DNA from: a virus
Lineage: Duplodnaviria; Caudoviricetes
Reading direction: 5' to 3' (one strand)
Length of the DNA stretch: 64,000 nucleotides
IMG/VR virus record: IMGVR_UViG_3300011616_000006
Location: 43,374 to 107,373 of that record
This document shows, piece by piece, positions 11,278 to 20,926 of the stretch; position 1 is the stretch's first letter, and the number at the start of each line of letters is the position of its first letter. Under the pieces are notes generated by a model that saw only the letters and a list, made by a program, of their open reading frames with translations, was not told where the DNA came from and made no database searches. Both the position numbers and the translations under genes were made by a program.

Positions 11278-12483
11278 TTAATCCAATTTTCTGATTTCAG
11301 CAATCAAGGGACAAATTGCAGCAATGATGATAACTAAAATACCTGATATGAGAAACCAAATATTCACACCGATTCTATCAGCAAAAAAACCGGAAAGGAT
11401 TAAACCAATAGGCATAGCCAGTGACACAACACTCCCTGTAAGAGAAAACACACGTCCTAAATATTCAGGTTTGATTTTTTCTTGAAAAAGGGCTGTTTGA
11501 ACACCACTGTAAAACGGAACTGATAAACCCATCATTGCACAACAAATTACGAAAATAATAAAGCCATTTTGGGGAAGCAATCCTGAAATAGTTAAACTTA
11601 TTCCCATCATGAAAATAGATGCTGTTATTAGCAAAACTCGTTTTTTTAATCTACCCAAAAGTCCTAATATCAGACCTCCTGCCAACATGCCAGAGGCGTA
11701 TGCTATTTCGGTAATTGATATATGCAACGGTGTACCCCCAAAATATTCCATGCTGATTAAAGGGTATAGTGCGTTAATTGGCATATAAACAAACATATAT
11801 ATAGTGCCAATAAGCAACAATGCAAATAGTCCTTTATTTCCTTTCAGAGCAAGAAAGCCTTCTTTCATCTCTTTCATAAAGTTAAATTTCGCACTTTTTT
11901 GTTCTTTGTTAAGTTTGGGAATACGCACAAATGCCACTGTGATACACGCAATAATCGCGCCTAAAATGTCCACGCCAATGATTGCATTTAATTCCCAAAC
12001 AGAATATAAAAATGCCGCTACGGCAGGACTGAGTATATAGCTTATTGACTGCAAGGATTGACTGTAACCTGCGCATTTCGTCAGCTGTTCTTCCGGCACT
12101 ATAAGAGGTGTAGCCGCACTCAGTGCAGGAGAATGAAAAGCCGTTCCAAGGCTTCGGATAAACAACACTACCATAACCATCCAAACTGAAAGTTCCATAT
12201 GCAAAGCAATAACAGATAGTACAGCGCCTGCTGTTGCAATAATCAAATCAGCACCAATCATTATCTTTTTTCTATCATAACGGTCAACTAATACCCCTAT
12301 CATAGGTCCGAAAACAGCATATGGGAGAAATCCAACTAATGAAGCAATCGAAAGCACCATCGCCGAACCTGTTTTTTCTGTAAGGTAAAATATTAACGCC
12401 ATTTGCAGAACAGCACTAGTAATCAGAGATACTGCCTGACCTGACCATATTGTAAAAAAAGTAAGTTTCCAATTCCTTTTCAT
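11278..12483 (-). CDS. mef: Mef-family macrolide efflux MFS transporter (Mef(A)-like variant)
   Basis: WSGQAVSLITSA..FYLTEKTGSAMVLS..VPEEQLTKCAGYSQSLQSIS matches Mef(A)/(E) as recalled. Confidence 0.95.
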   Translation of the reverse strand: MKRNWKLTFFTIWSGQAVSLITSAVLQMALIFYLTEKTGSAMVLSIASLVGFLPYAVFGPMIGVLVDRYDRKKIMIGADLIIATAGAVLSVIALHMELSVWMVMVVLFIRSLGTAFHSPALSAATPLIVPEEQLTKCAGYSQSLQSISYILSPAVAAFLYSVWELNAIIGVDILGAIIACITVAFVRIPKLNKEQKSAKFNFMKEMKEGFLALKGNKGLFALLLIGTIYMFVYMPINALYPLISMEYFGGTPLHISITEIAYASGMLAGGLILGLLGRLKKRVLLITASIFMMGISLTISGLLPQNGFIIFVICCAMMGLSVPFYSGVQTALFQEKIKPEYLGRVFSLTGSVVSLAMPIGLILSGFFADRIGVNIWFLISGILVIIIAAICPLIAEIRKLD

Positions 12484-12549
12484 TTTCTATCGTCTCCTGT
12501 ATTCATTATCTTGTTTTAAATTTATGTTATCAATGATAATGGAAGCAAT

Positions 12550-12589
12550 AAAAAAGCAGACCCAAGTCCACAATGTGACTCTGATCTGC
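12550..12589 (-). terminator. Attenuator terminator in the mef leader
   Basis: GCAGATCAGAGTC-loop-GACTTGGGTCTGC followed by TTTTTT on the minus strand. Confidence 0.75.
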
Positions 12590-12730
12590 ATACATACAAT
12601 ATAGAAGCAGGCTAAAGAAAGGTATAGTCAAAATGACCATTCCTTACCGTAACTAATGCTCAATACTGCGAAAATACGCACAACAAAAAAGCCTATCATC
12701 ATGGATAGATTTTACTTTTTTATTGCCCGA

Positions 12731-12757
12731 TTATCTCAAACGCATTGATGCTGTCAC
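12731..12757 (-). CDS. mefL: mef leader peptide MTASMRLR (macrolide-arrest RLR motif)
   Basis: SD AGGAGG then GTG ACA GCA TCA ATG CGT TTG AGA TAA; same peptide as the known mef(E) leader. Confidence 0.9.
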   Translation of the reverse strand: MTASMRLR

Positions 12758-12798
12758 GGTATTGTTTCCTCCTGAATCTTATTTTTTAATTATCGGTT

Positions 12799-12827
12799 AT
12801 TATATCATAAAAAGTTTGACCCGTCAA
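12799..12827 (-). promoter_or_regulatory. SigA promoter of the mef-msr operon
   Basis: TTGACG-17 nt-TATAAT with extended -10 TG. Confidence 0.85.
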
Positions 12828-13033
12828 CCTAAAACCGAACAAACAAGGATTTTTTGTCTGGATATCTAAATCGTCAAAGTAGAAAACATCATAAATTGTA
12901 AATATTGTCAAGAGTGACCTCGTTACACTCGGCGACAAGCGCCCTTGATCATTGTTTTCTTTTTTAAATTTACGAAGCCTTTTTATTCCGCTCTCCTGTT
13001 TCCGAGAAAGAAATAAAGCAGGCACAACAATAT

Positions 13034-13149
13034 CAGTGGATATGTTCCCTCACACAGGCAACCCCCAATTTCAACAGTGGATATATTCCCACACACTTCC
13101 AAGCCTTGAGTTGACTATATTTTTTATCAGTAGATATGTTTCCGCACAA
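13034..13149 (+). repeat. Three 22-bp direct repeats resembling the rlmD 3' motif, inverted relative to rlmD
   Basis: CAGTGGATATGTTCCCTCACAC (13034), CAGTGGATATATTCCCACACAC (13075), CAGTAGATATGTTTCCGCACAA (13128) versus rlmD GAGTTGATATGTTTCCGCATAC (13297-13276). Confidence 0.85.
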
Positions 13150-13150
13150 C

Positions 13151-13194
13151 AAAAAAAACGGCAAAACCAGTTTCATAACTAGTTTTGCCGTTTT
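13151..13194. terminator. Bidirectional terminator downstream of rlmD
   Basis: AAAACGGCAAAACcAGTT-tcat-AACTaGTTTTGCCGTTTT with T-runs on both strands. Confidence 0.8.
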
Positions 13195-13229
13195 CTCAAT
13201 TTTCTCTAAACCCCCAGTAAATCAGCCTT

Positions 13230-14387
13230 TCAGCCGTTTTTCCTTGTCATCAAGACAACACTCTCAACATGCCCAGTATGCGGAAACATATCAACTCCCC
13301 AAGCCCCCTTAGCTCCATACCCCAACCTCTCAAACACCTTCAAATCCCGCGCCAACGCCTCCGGCCCACAAGAAATATAAACCACCTTCCGTGCCTTCAC
13401 CGCTGCCACAGCCCTCATAAACTCCTCCGTACTACCACTCCGCGGCGGATCCATAAACACCACATCCAACGTCTCCCCCTGCTGCGCCATCTGATTCATA
13501 AACTTCCCGGCATCATTACAGAAGAACTTAATATTCTTAACCCCATTAATCTTAGCATTACTATTAGCATCCTTGACCGCATCCTTATTCAGTTCAACGC
13601 TAATCACCTGCCCGGCCTTCTTACTGGCAATAATCCCAATTGTCCCGATCCCGCTATAAGCATCCAGCACAGTCTCTTTCCCGGTCAGCCCGGCCAACTC
13701 AATTGCCTTCTGATACAGTACCTCCGTCTGAACCGGATTCACCTGATAAAACGACTTCGACGATATCCGGAACCGGCAGCCGCACAACACATCCTCAATA
13801 TATCCTTTCCCATACAGCACCTGCTCCCGATCCCCCAGCACCATACTCGTCACACGCCCGTTAACATTCTGAATCACGGTAGTAATCTCCGGATGTTTCT
13901 GCCGCAGCGCCTTCACAAAATTATTCTTCGACGGGAAAATCGGCGATGCCGTAACCAGCACCACCATGATCTCATTCGTAGCAAACCCACGCTTGACCAA
14001 CACATGGCGCAAAAGCCCATATCCACTGTCCTCATCATAAGTACGAATCTTAAACGATTTCAGCATCCCGCGAATTGTACCGATAATCTCATCCGCCTTT
14101 TTATCCTCAATCTTACACTGCTCCACCGGCACCAGCTTATGCGTCCCGGCCTGATATACACCCGAGATCGCCTCGCCCTTACGGAAGCCAAACACTGCAT
14201 GAACCTTATTCCGGTAATGATAAGGATTGTCCATTCCGACAATCGGATATACCTTACAAAAACTCCCCAGCAGCTTCTGCATATTTGCCTGTTTCACTTT
14301 CAACTGTTCCTGATATGGCACATCCAGATACTGACAGCTACCACACTGCTTAAATACCGGACATCCCCCATTCTTCTTTCCCGCCAT
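13230..14387 (-). CDS. rlmD: 23S rRNA (uracil-1939-C5)-methyltransferase
   Basis: CPVFKQCGSC Fe-S motif, SFYQVN, DAYSGIG, DPPRSG, YISC, VDMFPHTGHVE. Confidence 0.95.
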   Translation of the reverse strand: MAGKKNGGCPVFKQCGSCQYLDVPYQEQLKVKQANMQKLLGSFCKVYPIVGMDNPYHYRNKVHAVFGFRKGEAISGVYQAGTHKLVPVEQCKIEDKKADEIIGTIRGMLKSFKIRTYDEDSGYGLLRHVLVKRGFATNEIMVVLVTASPIFPSKNNFVKALRQKHPEITTVIQNVNGRVTSMVLGDREQVLYGKGYIEDVLCGCRFRISSKSFYQVNPVQTEVLYQKAIELAGLTGKETVLDAYSGIGTIGIIASKKAGQVISVELNKDAVKDANSNAKINGVKNIKFFCNDAGKFMNQMAQQGETLDVVFMDPPRSGSTEEFMRAVAAVKARKVVYISCGPEALARDLKVFERLGYGAKGAWGVDMFPHTGHVESVVLMTRKNG

Positions 14388-14644
14388 TTTTTCTCCTTAG
14401 ACTCCTGCACAAAATATACTTGCAAATTATTTTTATTTTTTGTAAACTGAACGTAAACATTCAGGACGGCGGGAAATGGCAAGGAGAAACAGTCGTCAAG
14501 CTCGCTTGTAAGACTGTTTTTCCTTGTCATTTCCCATCGGATGAACATCCGATGCTTCTTGAATGGCTTTTCACATTCAAGAAGAGCTCTCCGGCCCCCT
14601 CACGACTATAACTCAACACAACCCCAAAGGAGGTACCAAACCCC

Positions 14645-15238
14645 ATGACCCAATTCTCCACAACAAACACCACACCAACACCAACCGACCCGCCACTATT
14701 CCAGGGCCGTCCCACCGATACCACAGGCCGCATCCCCCAGGAAACCCGCACCTACGACCTCCTGGACCAACTACAGATCCCATACGACCGTCTCGACCAC
14801 GAACCAACCGCAACCATCGAAGCCTGTCACGACGTCGACCGGATTCTCGACATAGAGATCTGCAAAAACCTGTTCCTGTGCAATGCCCAGAAAACGAAAT
14901 TCTACCTGCTAATGATGCCCGGCACAAAAAAATTCAAAACCGCAGTCCTCTGCAAACAGATCGAAAGTCCCAGACTCTCCTTCGCCGCACCAGAATTCAT
15001 GCAGAAATTCCTCGACATCACACCCGGATCAGTCAGCGTCCTCGGCCTGATGAACGATACCGACAGCCAGGTGGAACTCCTGATCGATCGCGACGTCATC
15101 GAGTCTCACGAATACATCGGCTGTCACCCATGCATCAACACCACCAGTCTAAAAATCCGCACCACCGACCTTCTGAACAAATTCCTTCCATTCATCAAGC
15201 ATCCCTATAAATTAGTAGACCTGCCAGGCGAAGCGTAA
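14645..15238 (+). CDS. YbaK/ProX-family prolyl-tRNA editing protein
   Basis: CKNLFL, RLSFA, PGSVSVLGLMND, GCHPCINT. Confidence 0.9.
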   Translation: MTQFSTTNTTPTPTDPPLFQGRPTDTTGRIPQETRTYDLLDQLQIPYDRLDHEPTATIEACHDVDRILDIEICKNLFLCNAQKTKFYLLMMPGTKKFKTAVLCKQIESPRLSFAAPEFMQKFLDITPGSVSVLGLMNDTDSQVELLIDRDVIESHEYIGCHPCINTTSLKIRTTDLLNKFLPFIKHPYKLVDLPGEA

Positions 15239-15278
15239 CCGCTCCGCCATGACAGGCCCCCACCCTTTTTATATTCAA

Positions 15279-17081
15279 TTATTCCAATCCAACCGGTCTG
15301 GTCGCTTCTTTCAGCCACTTTGCCTCCTCAGCAGTCAGATGCGGAGCGATTTTCTCATATACCTGAGCGTGATACTCATTCAAATATCTGATATCCTTTT
15401 CCTCCATCATCGATACATCAAGCGGATCCAGATCCAGCGGTACATAAGTCAAGAACTCAAACGTCAAAAACTGACCATATTCGTTCTTTTCATCTTCTTT
15501 ACAGTATATCAGATTTTCCGTCCGAATTCCATGACTTCCTTCAATATAAATACCCGGTTCATCGGAACACACCATTCCCGCCTCAAACGGATGACTGTCC
15601 TGACGTTCCGGCACTACACGGAAACGGATCCCGGCCGGTCTCTCATGCACATTCAGCAGATATCCCACACCATGTCCGGTCCCATGATTATAATCAATTC
15701 CCCGCTGCCACATCAGTTCCCGCGCCACGTAGTCCAGACTCAAACCACTGCACCCGCGCATAAATTTCACATGCCCCAACCGCAGCATACTCATCACCGT
15801 CAGCGTATAATGCTCACGCTCCTGATCGGTCACCGGCCCCAGCGACATCGTTCTGGTCACATCGGTAGTTCCCTCCAGATACTGTCCGCCGGAATCAACC
15901 AGATACAGCCCCTTTGGTTCCAGATCTGAACAACGATCACGATTCGCATGATAATGAACCACCGCCGCATTCGGCCCATACGCCGAAATAGTCGTAAAAC
16001 TCAGCTCAATCGCGCCCTGCTCCATTCTCAGCTCTTCCAGATGATCCGAAACACTGACCTCAGTCATCGGAATCCTGCCGATATTTTTCTTAATCCAGTA
16101 CATATACTTCGTCATGGCCACACCATCTTTGATATGTGCCAGCTTCATATTTTCAATCTCCACCGGATTTTTCATCGCCTTAGCCATAACGGTAGGATTC
16201 ATCTTATCAATAATCTGATTACTGTCATCCAGATACTGCACCACTGCATAATTAACTTTGCCGGTTTCCAGCAGCACCCGCTCATTTTTCAGCTGTTTCA
16301 CATCGGAATAAATCTGCTGATACGGTTTAATCGTCACCCCCAGCGCATCCATATAAGCTTTCACATCACCGGACACAACTTCCGGATTGATATAAAGCGT
16401 CAGCGCATCAGCCGTTATCATAAGATAAGACAATGCAACCGGATTACACGGAATATCATTTCCCCGAATGTTCAAAAGCCAGGCAATATCATCCAGTGTC
16501 GTCAGAATATGAACCGTAGCGTGTTCCTCTGCCATATCATCCCGAAGCTTCTTAATCTTATCAGCTGAAGATTTTCCCGCATACTGCTCCTGCAGTATCC
16601 AGATCGGTTCTGCTCCAAGCGGCGGCCGGTTCTCCCAGATTTCACCAATCAAACTTTCAGTATATGCAATCGCTACATTCCTGTCCTTTAAACCATCTTC
16701 CATTTCCTTACCGGTCCGGGCATTCACCACCCGTCCGTCAAATCCCAGAATACCGCCATCAGGCAGATTCTGCTGCAGGAATTTAAGAATCGACGGCACA
16801 TCCGGCTGCCCCATCCGCATCAGCTCAACACCGCTGCCATCCAGCTCTCTGGATGCCTGAACAAAGTACCGGCCATCCGTCCACAGACCGGCCCAGTCTT
16901 TCATTATCAAAGCCGTACCGGCAGACCCGGCAAATCCGGTAATATATTCACGGCAGGCAAAATGTTCCCCCACATATTCCGATTCATGATAATCAGAGGT
17001 CGGTACCAGATACGCATCCATGTTCCGTTCCTTCATGAGATCTCTTAAATCTTTCAAACGCTCACTTACACTCTTATTCAT
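15279..17081 (-). CDS. Aminopeptidase P family (M24B)
   Basis: DSGGQY.EGTTDVTRT, HGTGHGVG..LNVHE, DEPG, GIRTEN; start moved to the ATG spaced correctly from SD GAAGGAG. Confidence 0.93.
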   Translation of the reverse strand: MNKSVSERLKDLRDLMKERNMDAYLVPTSDYHESEYVGEHFACREYITGFAGSAGTALIMKDWAGLWTDGRYFVQASRELDGSGVELMRMGQPDVPSILKFLQQNLPDGGILGFDGRVVNARTGKEMEDGLKDRNVAIAYTESLIGEIWENRPPLGAEPIWILQEQYAGKSSADKIKKLRDDMAEEHATVHILTTLDDIAWLLNIRGNDIPCNPVALSYLMITADALTLYINPEVVSGDVKAYMDALGVTIKPYQQIYSDVKQLKNERVLLETGKVNYAVVQYLDDSNQIIDKMNPTVMAKAMKNPVEIENMKLAHIKDGVAMTKYMYWIKKNIGRIPMTEVSVSDHLEELRMEQGAIELSFTTISAYGPNAAVVHYHANRDRCSDLEPKGLYLVDSGGQYLEGTTDVTRTMSLGPVTDQEREHYTLTVMSMLRLGHVKFMRGCSGLSLDYVARELMWQRGIDYNHGTGHGVGYLLNVHERPAGIRFRVVPERQDSHPFEAGMVCSDEPGIYIEGSHGIRTENLIYCKEDEKNEYGQFLTFEFLTYVPLDLDPLDVSMMEEKDIRYLNEYHAQVYEKIAPHLTAEEAKWLKEATRPVGLE

Positions 17082-18498
17082 CAGCTGCATCTCCTTCATT
17101 GATTGCATTATGAATTGCCTGGGCAATTCCCTCGCTATAAGTCGGATGGGCCCGCATCGCCTTGTCAAGCTGGCTGGCTGTCAATCCGTTGGCAATAGCC
17201 GTAGCCATCTCACCAATCATGTCCGTAGCCCGGGGACAAACCATCTGCGCCCCGACAATGGTATTGGAATAAGCCTCAAAGATCAGACGGATAAAACCGC
17301 CCTCCTCCTTGGTAATAATCGATTTCCCGTTACCATCCATAAAACACACACCGCACCGTACTTTCATGCCCAACTTAACCGCTGCTGCTTCAGTGATTCC
17401 AACCGTAGCAATCTCCGGCTTGGTATAAATACAGTTTGGGACAATCGGCAGCGGTACATACATACCATTTGGAACTACTTCCAGCATAATACTGTGTTCC
17501 TTACCGGCAAGCTTTTCAACCACATATGTACCCTGAGCAGCCGCCACGTGAGCCAGCTGTGTCTTAGCAATCACATCACCAATCGCATACACGCCCGGTT
17601 CGCTGGTCATAAAATCCTTGTCCACCACCAGCTTGCCATATTCATACGCCAGCGTAACATCCCCACCGGTCAGATTATCCGTATAAGGAGTTCTTCCGAT
17701 CGCAATGACAACCTGGCTGGCTTTCATTTTATGTGTTTCTTTCGTTTTATGATTATATAAGGTACAATTCAAGTCCTCGATCTGCTCAATAGTAGTATTA
17801 CAATGTATCGCTATCCCTTTGGCCCGAAGCGTCGTCTCCAGTGCCTCGGCTACCTGAATATCCATCGGCCCAAGCAAATGCGGCCCCTTTTCCACAATCG
17901 TAACCTTGGAACAAAGCGCCTGGAAGATCGTAGCGAATTCCACCCCGATCACACCACCACCGACAATCACAATCCGGTCAAAGTTCCACTCCTTTGCCGC
18001 CAGCAGCCGGTCACTGTTTACCACCCCCGGCCCGTCGATTCCCGGAATATCCGGCATCATCGGCTGGGCACCGGTCGCAATAATAACCGATTTCCCTTGC
18101 AGATACTCACGGCCCTCTTCATTTACAATCTCCACCGTCTTATCACGACGGATCTTTGCTTCTGCTCTGATAAAGGAAACCTTGTTCTTCTCAAACAGCT
18201 TTTCAATCTCACTGCGGTACTTAAGCACGGACCGTCTCTTATAGCCCTGCATTTTCCCAAAATCAAAAGAAATAAAATCCGTAGAAACACCAAAATCATC
18301 ACATTGCTGCATCATCGAAAAAATATTGGATGCGTACAGGAGAGCCTTGGTCGGTATACATCCGCGGTTGAGACAAACACCACCAAGCTTATCCTTATCA
18401 ATTACGGCAACACTCATGCCCAATTCAGCTGCCTTCAGTGCCGCGGTATATCCACCCGGCCCGGCTCCGATCACAATCAAATCAAACTGTCTAGTCAC
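17074..18498 (-). CDS. lpdA: Dihydrolipoyl dehydrogenase
   Basis: GAGPGG, GGVCLNRGCIPTK, GGGVIG, AHPTYSE. Confidence 0.92.
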   Translation of the reverse strand: MTRQFDLIVIGAGPGGYTAALKAAELGMSVAVIDKDKLGGVCLNRGCIPTKALLYASNIFSMMQQCDDFGVSTDFISFDFGKMQGYKRRSVLKYRSEIEKLFEKNKVSFIRAEAKIRRDKTVEIVNEEGREYLQGKSVIIATGAQPMMPDIPGIDGPGVVNSDRLLAAKEWNFDRIVIVGGGVIGVEFATIFQALCSKVTIVEKGPHLLGPMDIQVAEALETTLRAKGIAIHCNTTIEQIEDLNCTLYNHKTKETHKMKASQVVIAIGRTPYTDNLTGGDVTLAYEYGKLVVDKDFMTSEPGVYAIGDVIAKTQLAHVAAAQGTYVVEKLAGKEHSIMLEVVPNGMYVPLPIVPNCIYTKPEIATVGITEAAAVKLGMKVRCGVCFMDGNGKSIITKEEGGFIRLIFEAYSNTIVGAQMVCPRATDMIGEMATAIANGLTASQLDKAMRAHPTYSEGIAQAIHNAINEGDAADE

Positions 18499-18504
18499 TA
18501 AACG

Positions 18505-19302
18505 TTACTTCCTTTCCATCCTCTCAAATAACCCTAAGGCCTGACAAGCATTCCAGACTCCATCTTCCCCGATATCTGTGGTCACATAGTCAGCCACCTG
18601 TTTCAGCGGTTCAATGCTGTTCCCCATCGCAATCCCGACTCCCGCTGCCTGAATAATCTCATAGTCATTCATACTGTCGCCAAATGCCACCGTATCCTGT
18701 ATCGCCACACCATAATGTTCACACAGCCGTTTCAGCCCTTCCGCTTTGGAAGCCTCTTTCTCGATCACATCGGCTCCATTCCCGCTTGAAAACATCGGCA
18801 GTTTTACCTCCGGAAATGCTTCCGCAACCATCTCAACCCACTTAGCCTCACCAATATACGTCAGCGATCGGATCGGCATGTCAAGCAGCAGATATGGATC
18901 CAGATAAGTCCGGTTCGATTCAGCAAATCGCATTTTGTCATGCCGTGTCACATATTCCGGATTCACATAATAATCCTCAGTCCCGGTGGTAAGCCCCAGC
19001 GCAAACTTCTTGCCCTCCGTAAATCGCAGCAGCCGCGCTACCAATCCCCTCTCCATACAATGCTCATAAATAGTCTCCTCACCAATCGTAATTTTATTGC
19101 CGTTCAGATGAATGATCGCATCCGGAGTAATCAGATCTTTCAGCCCCGCACTGAACTTGCTGTCCATATCACGCCCCGTCGCTATGACAATGTAATACTG
19201 TTCCCGCAGCCGCTCAACTGCGCGGTATGCACTGTCAGGAATCTTCCATGTATGATGATCCAATAAAGTCATATCCATGTCAAAACTGGCTATTGCTTTC
19301 AT
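18505..19302 (-). CDS. Cof-type HAD-IIB hydrolase
   Basis: FDMDMTL, ATGR, SKAEGL, FGDSMND. Confidence 0.9.
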   Translation of the reverse strand: MKAIASFDMDMTLLDHHTWKIPDSAYRAVERLREQYYIVIATGRDMDSKFSAGLKDLITPDAIIHLNGNKITIGEETIYEHCMERGLVARLLRFTEGKKFALGLTTGTEDYYVNPEYVTRHDKMRFAESNRTYLDPYLLLDMPIRSLTYIGEAKWVEMVAEAFPEVKLPMFSSGNGADVIEKEASKAEGLKRLCEHYGVAIQDTVAFGDSMNDYEIIQAAGVGIAMGNSIEPLKQVADYVTTDIGEDGVWNACQALGLFERMERK

Positions 19303-19430
19303 ATTGTCTCCTTACTGCATTTCTAAACGATTCTATACATTAACCTCTACCCCCAATCTTAACAAAATAAAAACCTGCTGTAAACCTCTTTTCAAATTGG
19401 AATTTTTCTGTTATAATAGCAAAGCAGTTA

Positions 19431-19504
19431 CGGAGTATGGCGTAGTTTGGTAGCGCGCTCGGCTGGGGGCCGAGAGGTCGCAGGTTCAAATCCTGTTACT
19501 CCGA
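19431..19504 (+). tRNA. tRNA-Pro(GGG); probable prophage attachment site
   Basis: Full cloverleaf CGGAGTA/TACTCCG, anticodon arm CTCGG-CTGGGGG-CCGAG, T loop TTCAAAT; extended -10 TGtTATAAT upstream. Confidence 0.95.
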
Positions 19505-19566
19505 TTTTCCCTTTAATATCAAGGGTTTGCGAGAAATTTGTGGATAAAATGTTTGATTACCTTTGA

Positions 19567-20859
19567 TTACTTTTCTGTCAGGATAGAGCTTTCTATCGTA
19601 TTGTTTGCGCCTACAAACTGGGACATAGTAATCTCTTTAGTAACCATGCCTACCATAAGTTTCTTTTCTTCTATATTAGTAATGTCATAGGTGTAGTATT
19701 GCTCATTAACCTCCTCGGTATGACCTAAGAGGGCACTAACAACAGTTGATGATACACCATTACATTTTAATTTAGATGAAAACGTCCTGCGGTAAGCATG
19801 AATGCTCTTCACCGGAATTCCAAGCTGTAAACACTTATTCTTCGCACACGAAGATATCACTGATGCTCTCACACGGCCTTCCTCATTCTGAAATATGAAT
19901 TCCCCCAGATATCCATATTCCTTTTCAATTTCCCTTACTTTTATGAGTAGGGCTTTTGTTTCGTCCGTTAGAGGCATAAACCTTTTCTTCTCATTCTTTG
20001 TCTCCCCAATAAAGCATTCTTTGGTTTCCCGGATATACTTTTCAGAGTGACTTATTTCAATTATTCCATTTTGTATATCTGCCCACCGCAATGCCGCTAT
20101 CTCACTCACTCTCAGTCCTGTGAGACTTGCAAAATGTACTGCGTAAGTTGGAATATAATCGGGATGATCTTGATAGTCTTTGGCGAATCGTTGAAATAGA
20201 AGTCGGTATTGATCTTGAGAAACGGTTCTTTCCTCAGCTGTCTTGACTATTTTCTTGCAGAATGGATAAAAAGATTTTGTTTCAATGTTTTCGAATGGAT
20301 TTTCCTTTATTAACTTGTTTATCTTCGCGCTCTTCAATGTGTTTCGAATATATCCACACAATGTTTTACACGCTTTAGGGGATAGCTTCAACTCTTTAAT
20401 AAGCTTGATAATGAAGGCACTAATGTTTTCTTCGTTCATTTCTGAAAGTGGCATTATCTCAAAATCTCGCCCTTTGAAAAAACGTTTGTAATCACTTCGA
20501 TACTTATCATGAGTATTAGTTGTGGAGAAACGAATTGAGTATACATCAAACCATCGCTTATAAGCTTCCTTAAAGCTAATTCGATCACTATGATTACTTT
20601 TTTGCTTATAGTAATCAATAATCACTTTATTTATCTTTGCTTCGGTTTTAAGTTTTTTTAATTTCCTCCCCTTTTCTTCGTCTGGTAAATACGTTCTCCA
20701 ATAGCCATCATTTCCCTCCCACACTTCGTATGGATGATTCTCTAAATATTCTTTGTCTTTCATAGCTTCAATATCATTCTGTACATCGTCAAGGTTAATT
20801 TTACCATTAGCGATCAAGAAACTCAATATCTGGCTTGTATCTATTTGTTGTGCGCTTAT
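19567..20859 (-). CDS. int: Phage tyrosine integrase (probable AUA start at 20859)
   Basis: TGLRVSE, TKN, HAYRRT, LLGHT..YY; adjacent to tRNA; the only SD (GAGGTG) precedes an in-frame ATA. Confidence 0.92.
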   Translation of the reverse strand: MSAQQIDTSQILSFLIANGKINLDDVQNDIEAMKDKEYLENHPYEVWEGNDGYWRTYLPDEEKGRKLKKLKTEAKINKVIIDYYKQKSNHSDRISFKEAYKRWFDVYSIRFSTTNTHDKYRSDYKRFFKGRDFEIMPLSEMNEENISAFIIKLIKELKLSPKACKTLCGYIRNTLKSAKINKLIKENPFENIETKSFYPFCKKIVKTAEERTVSQDQYRLLFQRFAKDYQDHPDYIPTYAVHFASLTGLRVSEIAALRWADIQNGIIEISHSEKYIRETKECFIGETKNEKKRFMPLTDETKALLIKVREIEKEYGYLGEFIFQNEEGRVRASVISSCAKNKCLQLGIPVKSIHAYRRTFSSKLKCNGVSSTVVSALLGHTEEVNEQYYTYDITNIEEKKLMVGMVTKEITMSQFVGANNTIESSILTEK

Positions 20860-20926
20860 ACTTAATCACCTCTTTAACTATGTAAGAATAGTGCAGCCAA
20901 AGAAATCTCTGGCTACACAAATCCAC

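Larger units (their letters stand above)
1..13275 (-). mobile_element. Phage-like integrative element inserted at the rlmD 3' end (continues beyond window start); carries a mef/msr macrolide-resistance module
   Basis: Primase/PolA/SNF2/sigma-70r4 module plus resistance genes directly abutting the rlmD 3' end, a known integration hotspot in Firmicutes. Boundary approximate; the recombinase is not in the window. Confidence 0.8.

Noticed and set aside
13034-13149. Possible CRISPR array
   Set aside because: Only three degenerate 22-bp repeats with unequal short spacers, no cas genes; the repeat is explained by similarity to rlmD
12952-13182. Plus-strand 76-aa ORF containing SVDMFPHTG, suggesting an rlmD fragment gene
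   Set aside because: The match comes from DNA repeat 1 only; the other repeats are in different frames, there is no SD, and the ORF runs into the terminator
13269-19266. Long plus-strand ORFs (for example 13269-14450, 15249-15929, 17020-17760, 17803-18501)
   Set aside because: Antisense shadows of well-supported minus-strand host genes, with no recognisable motifs
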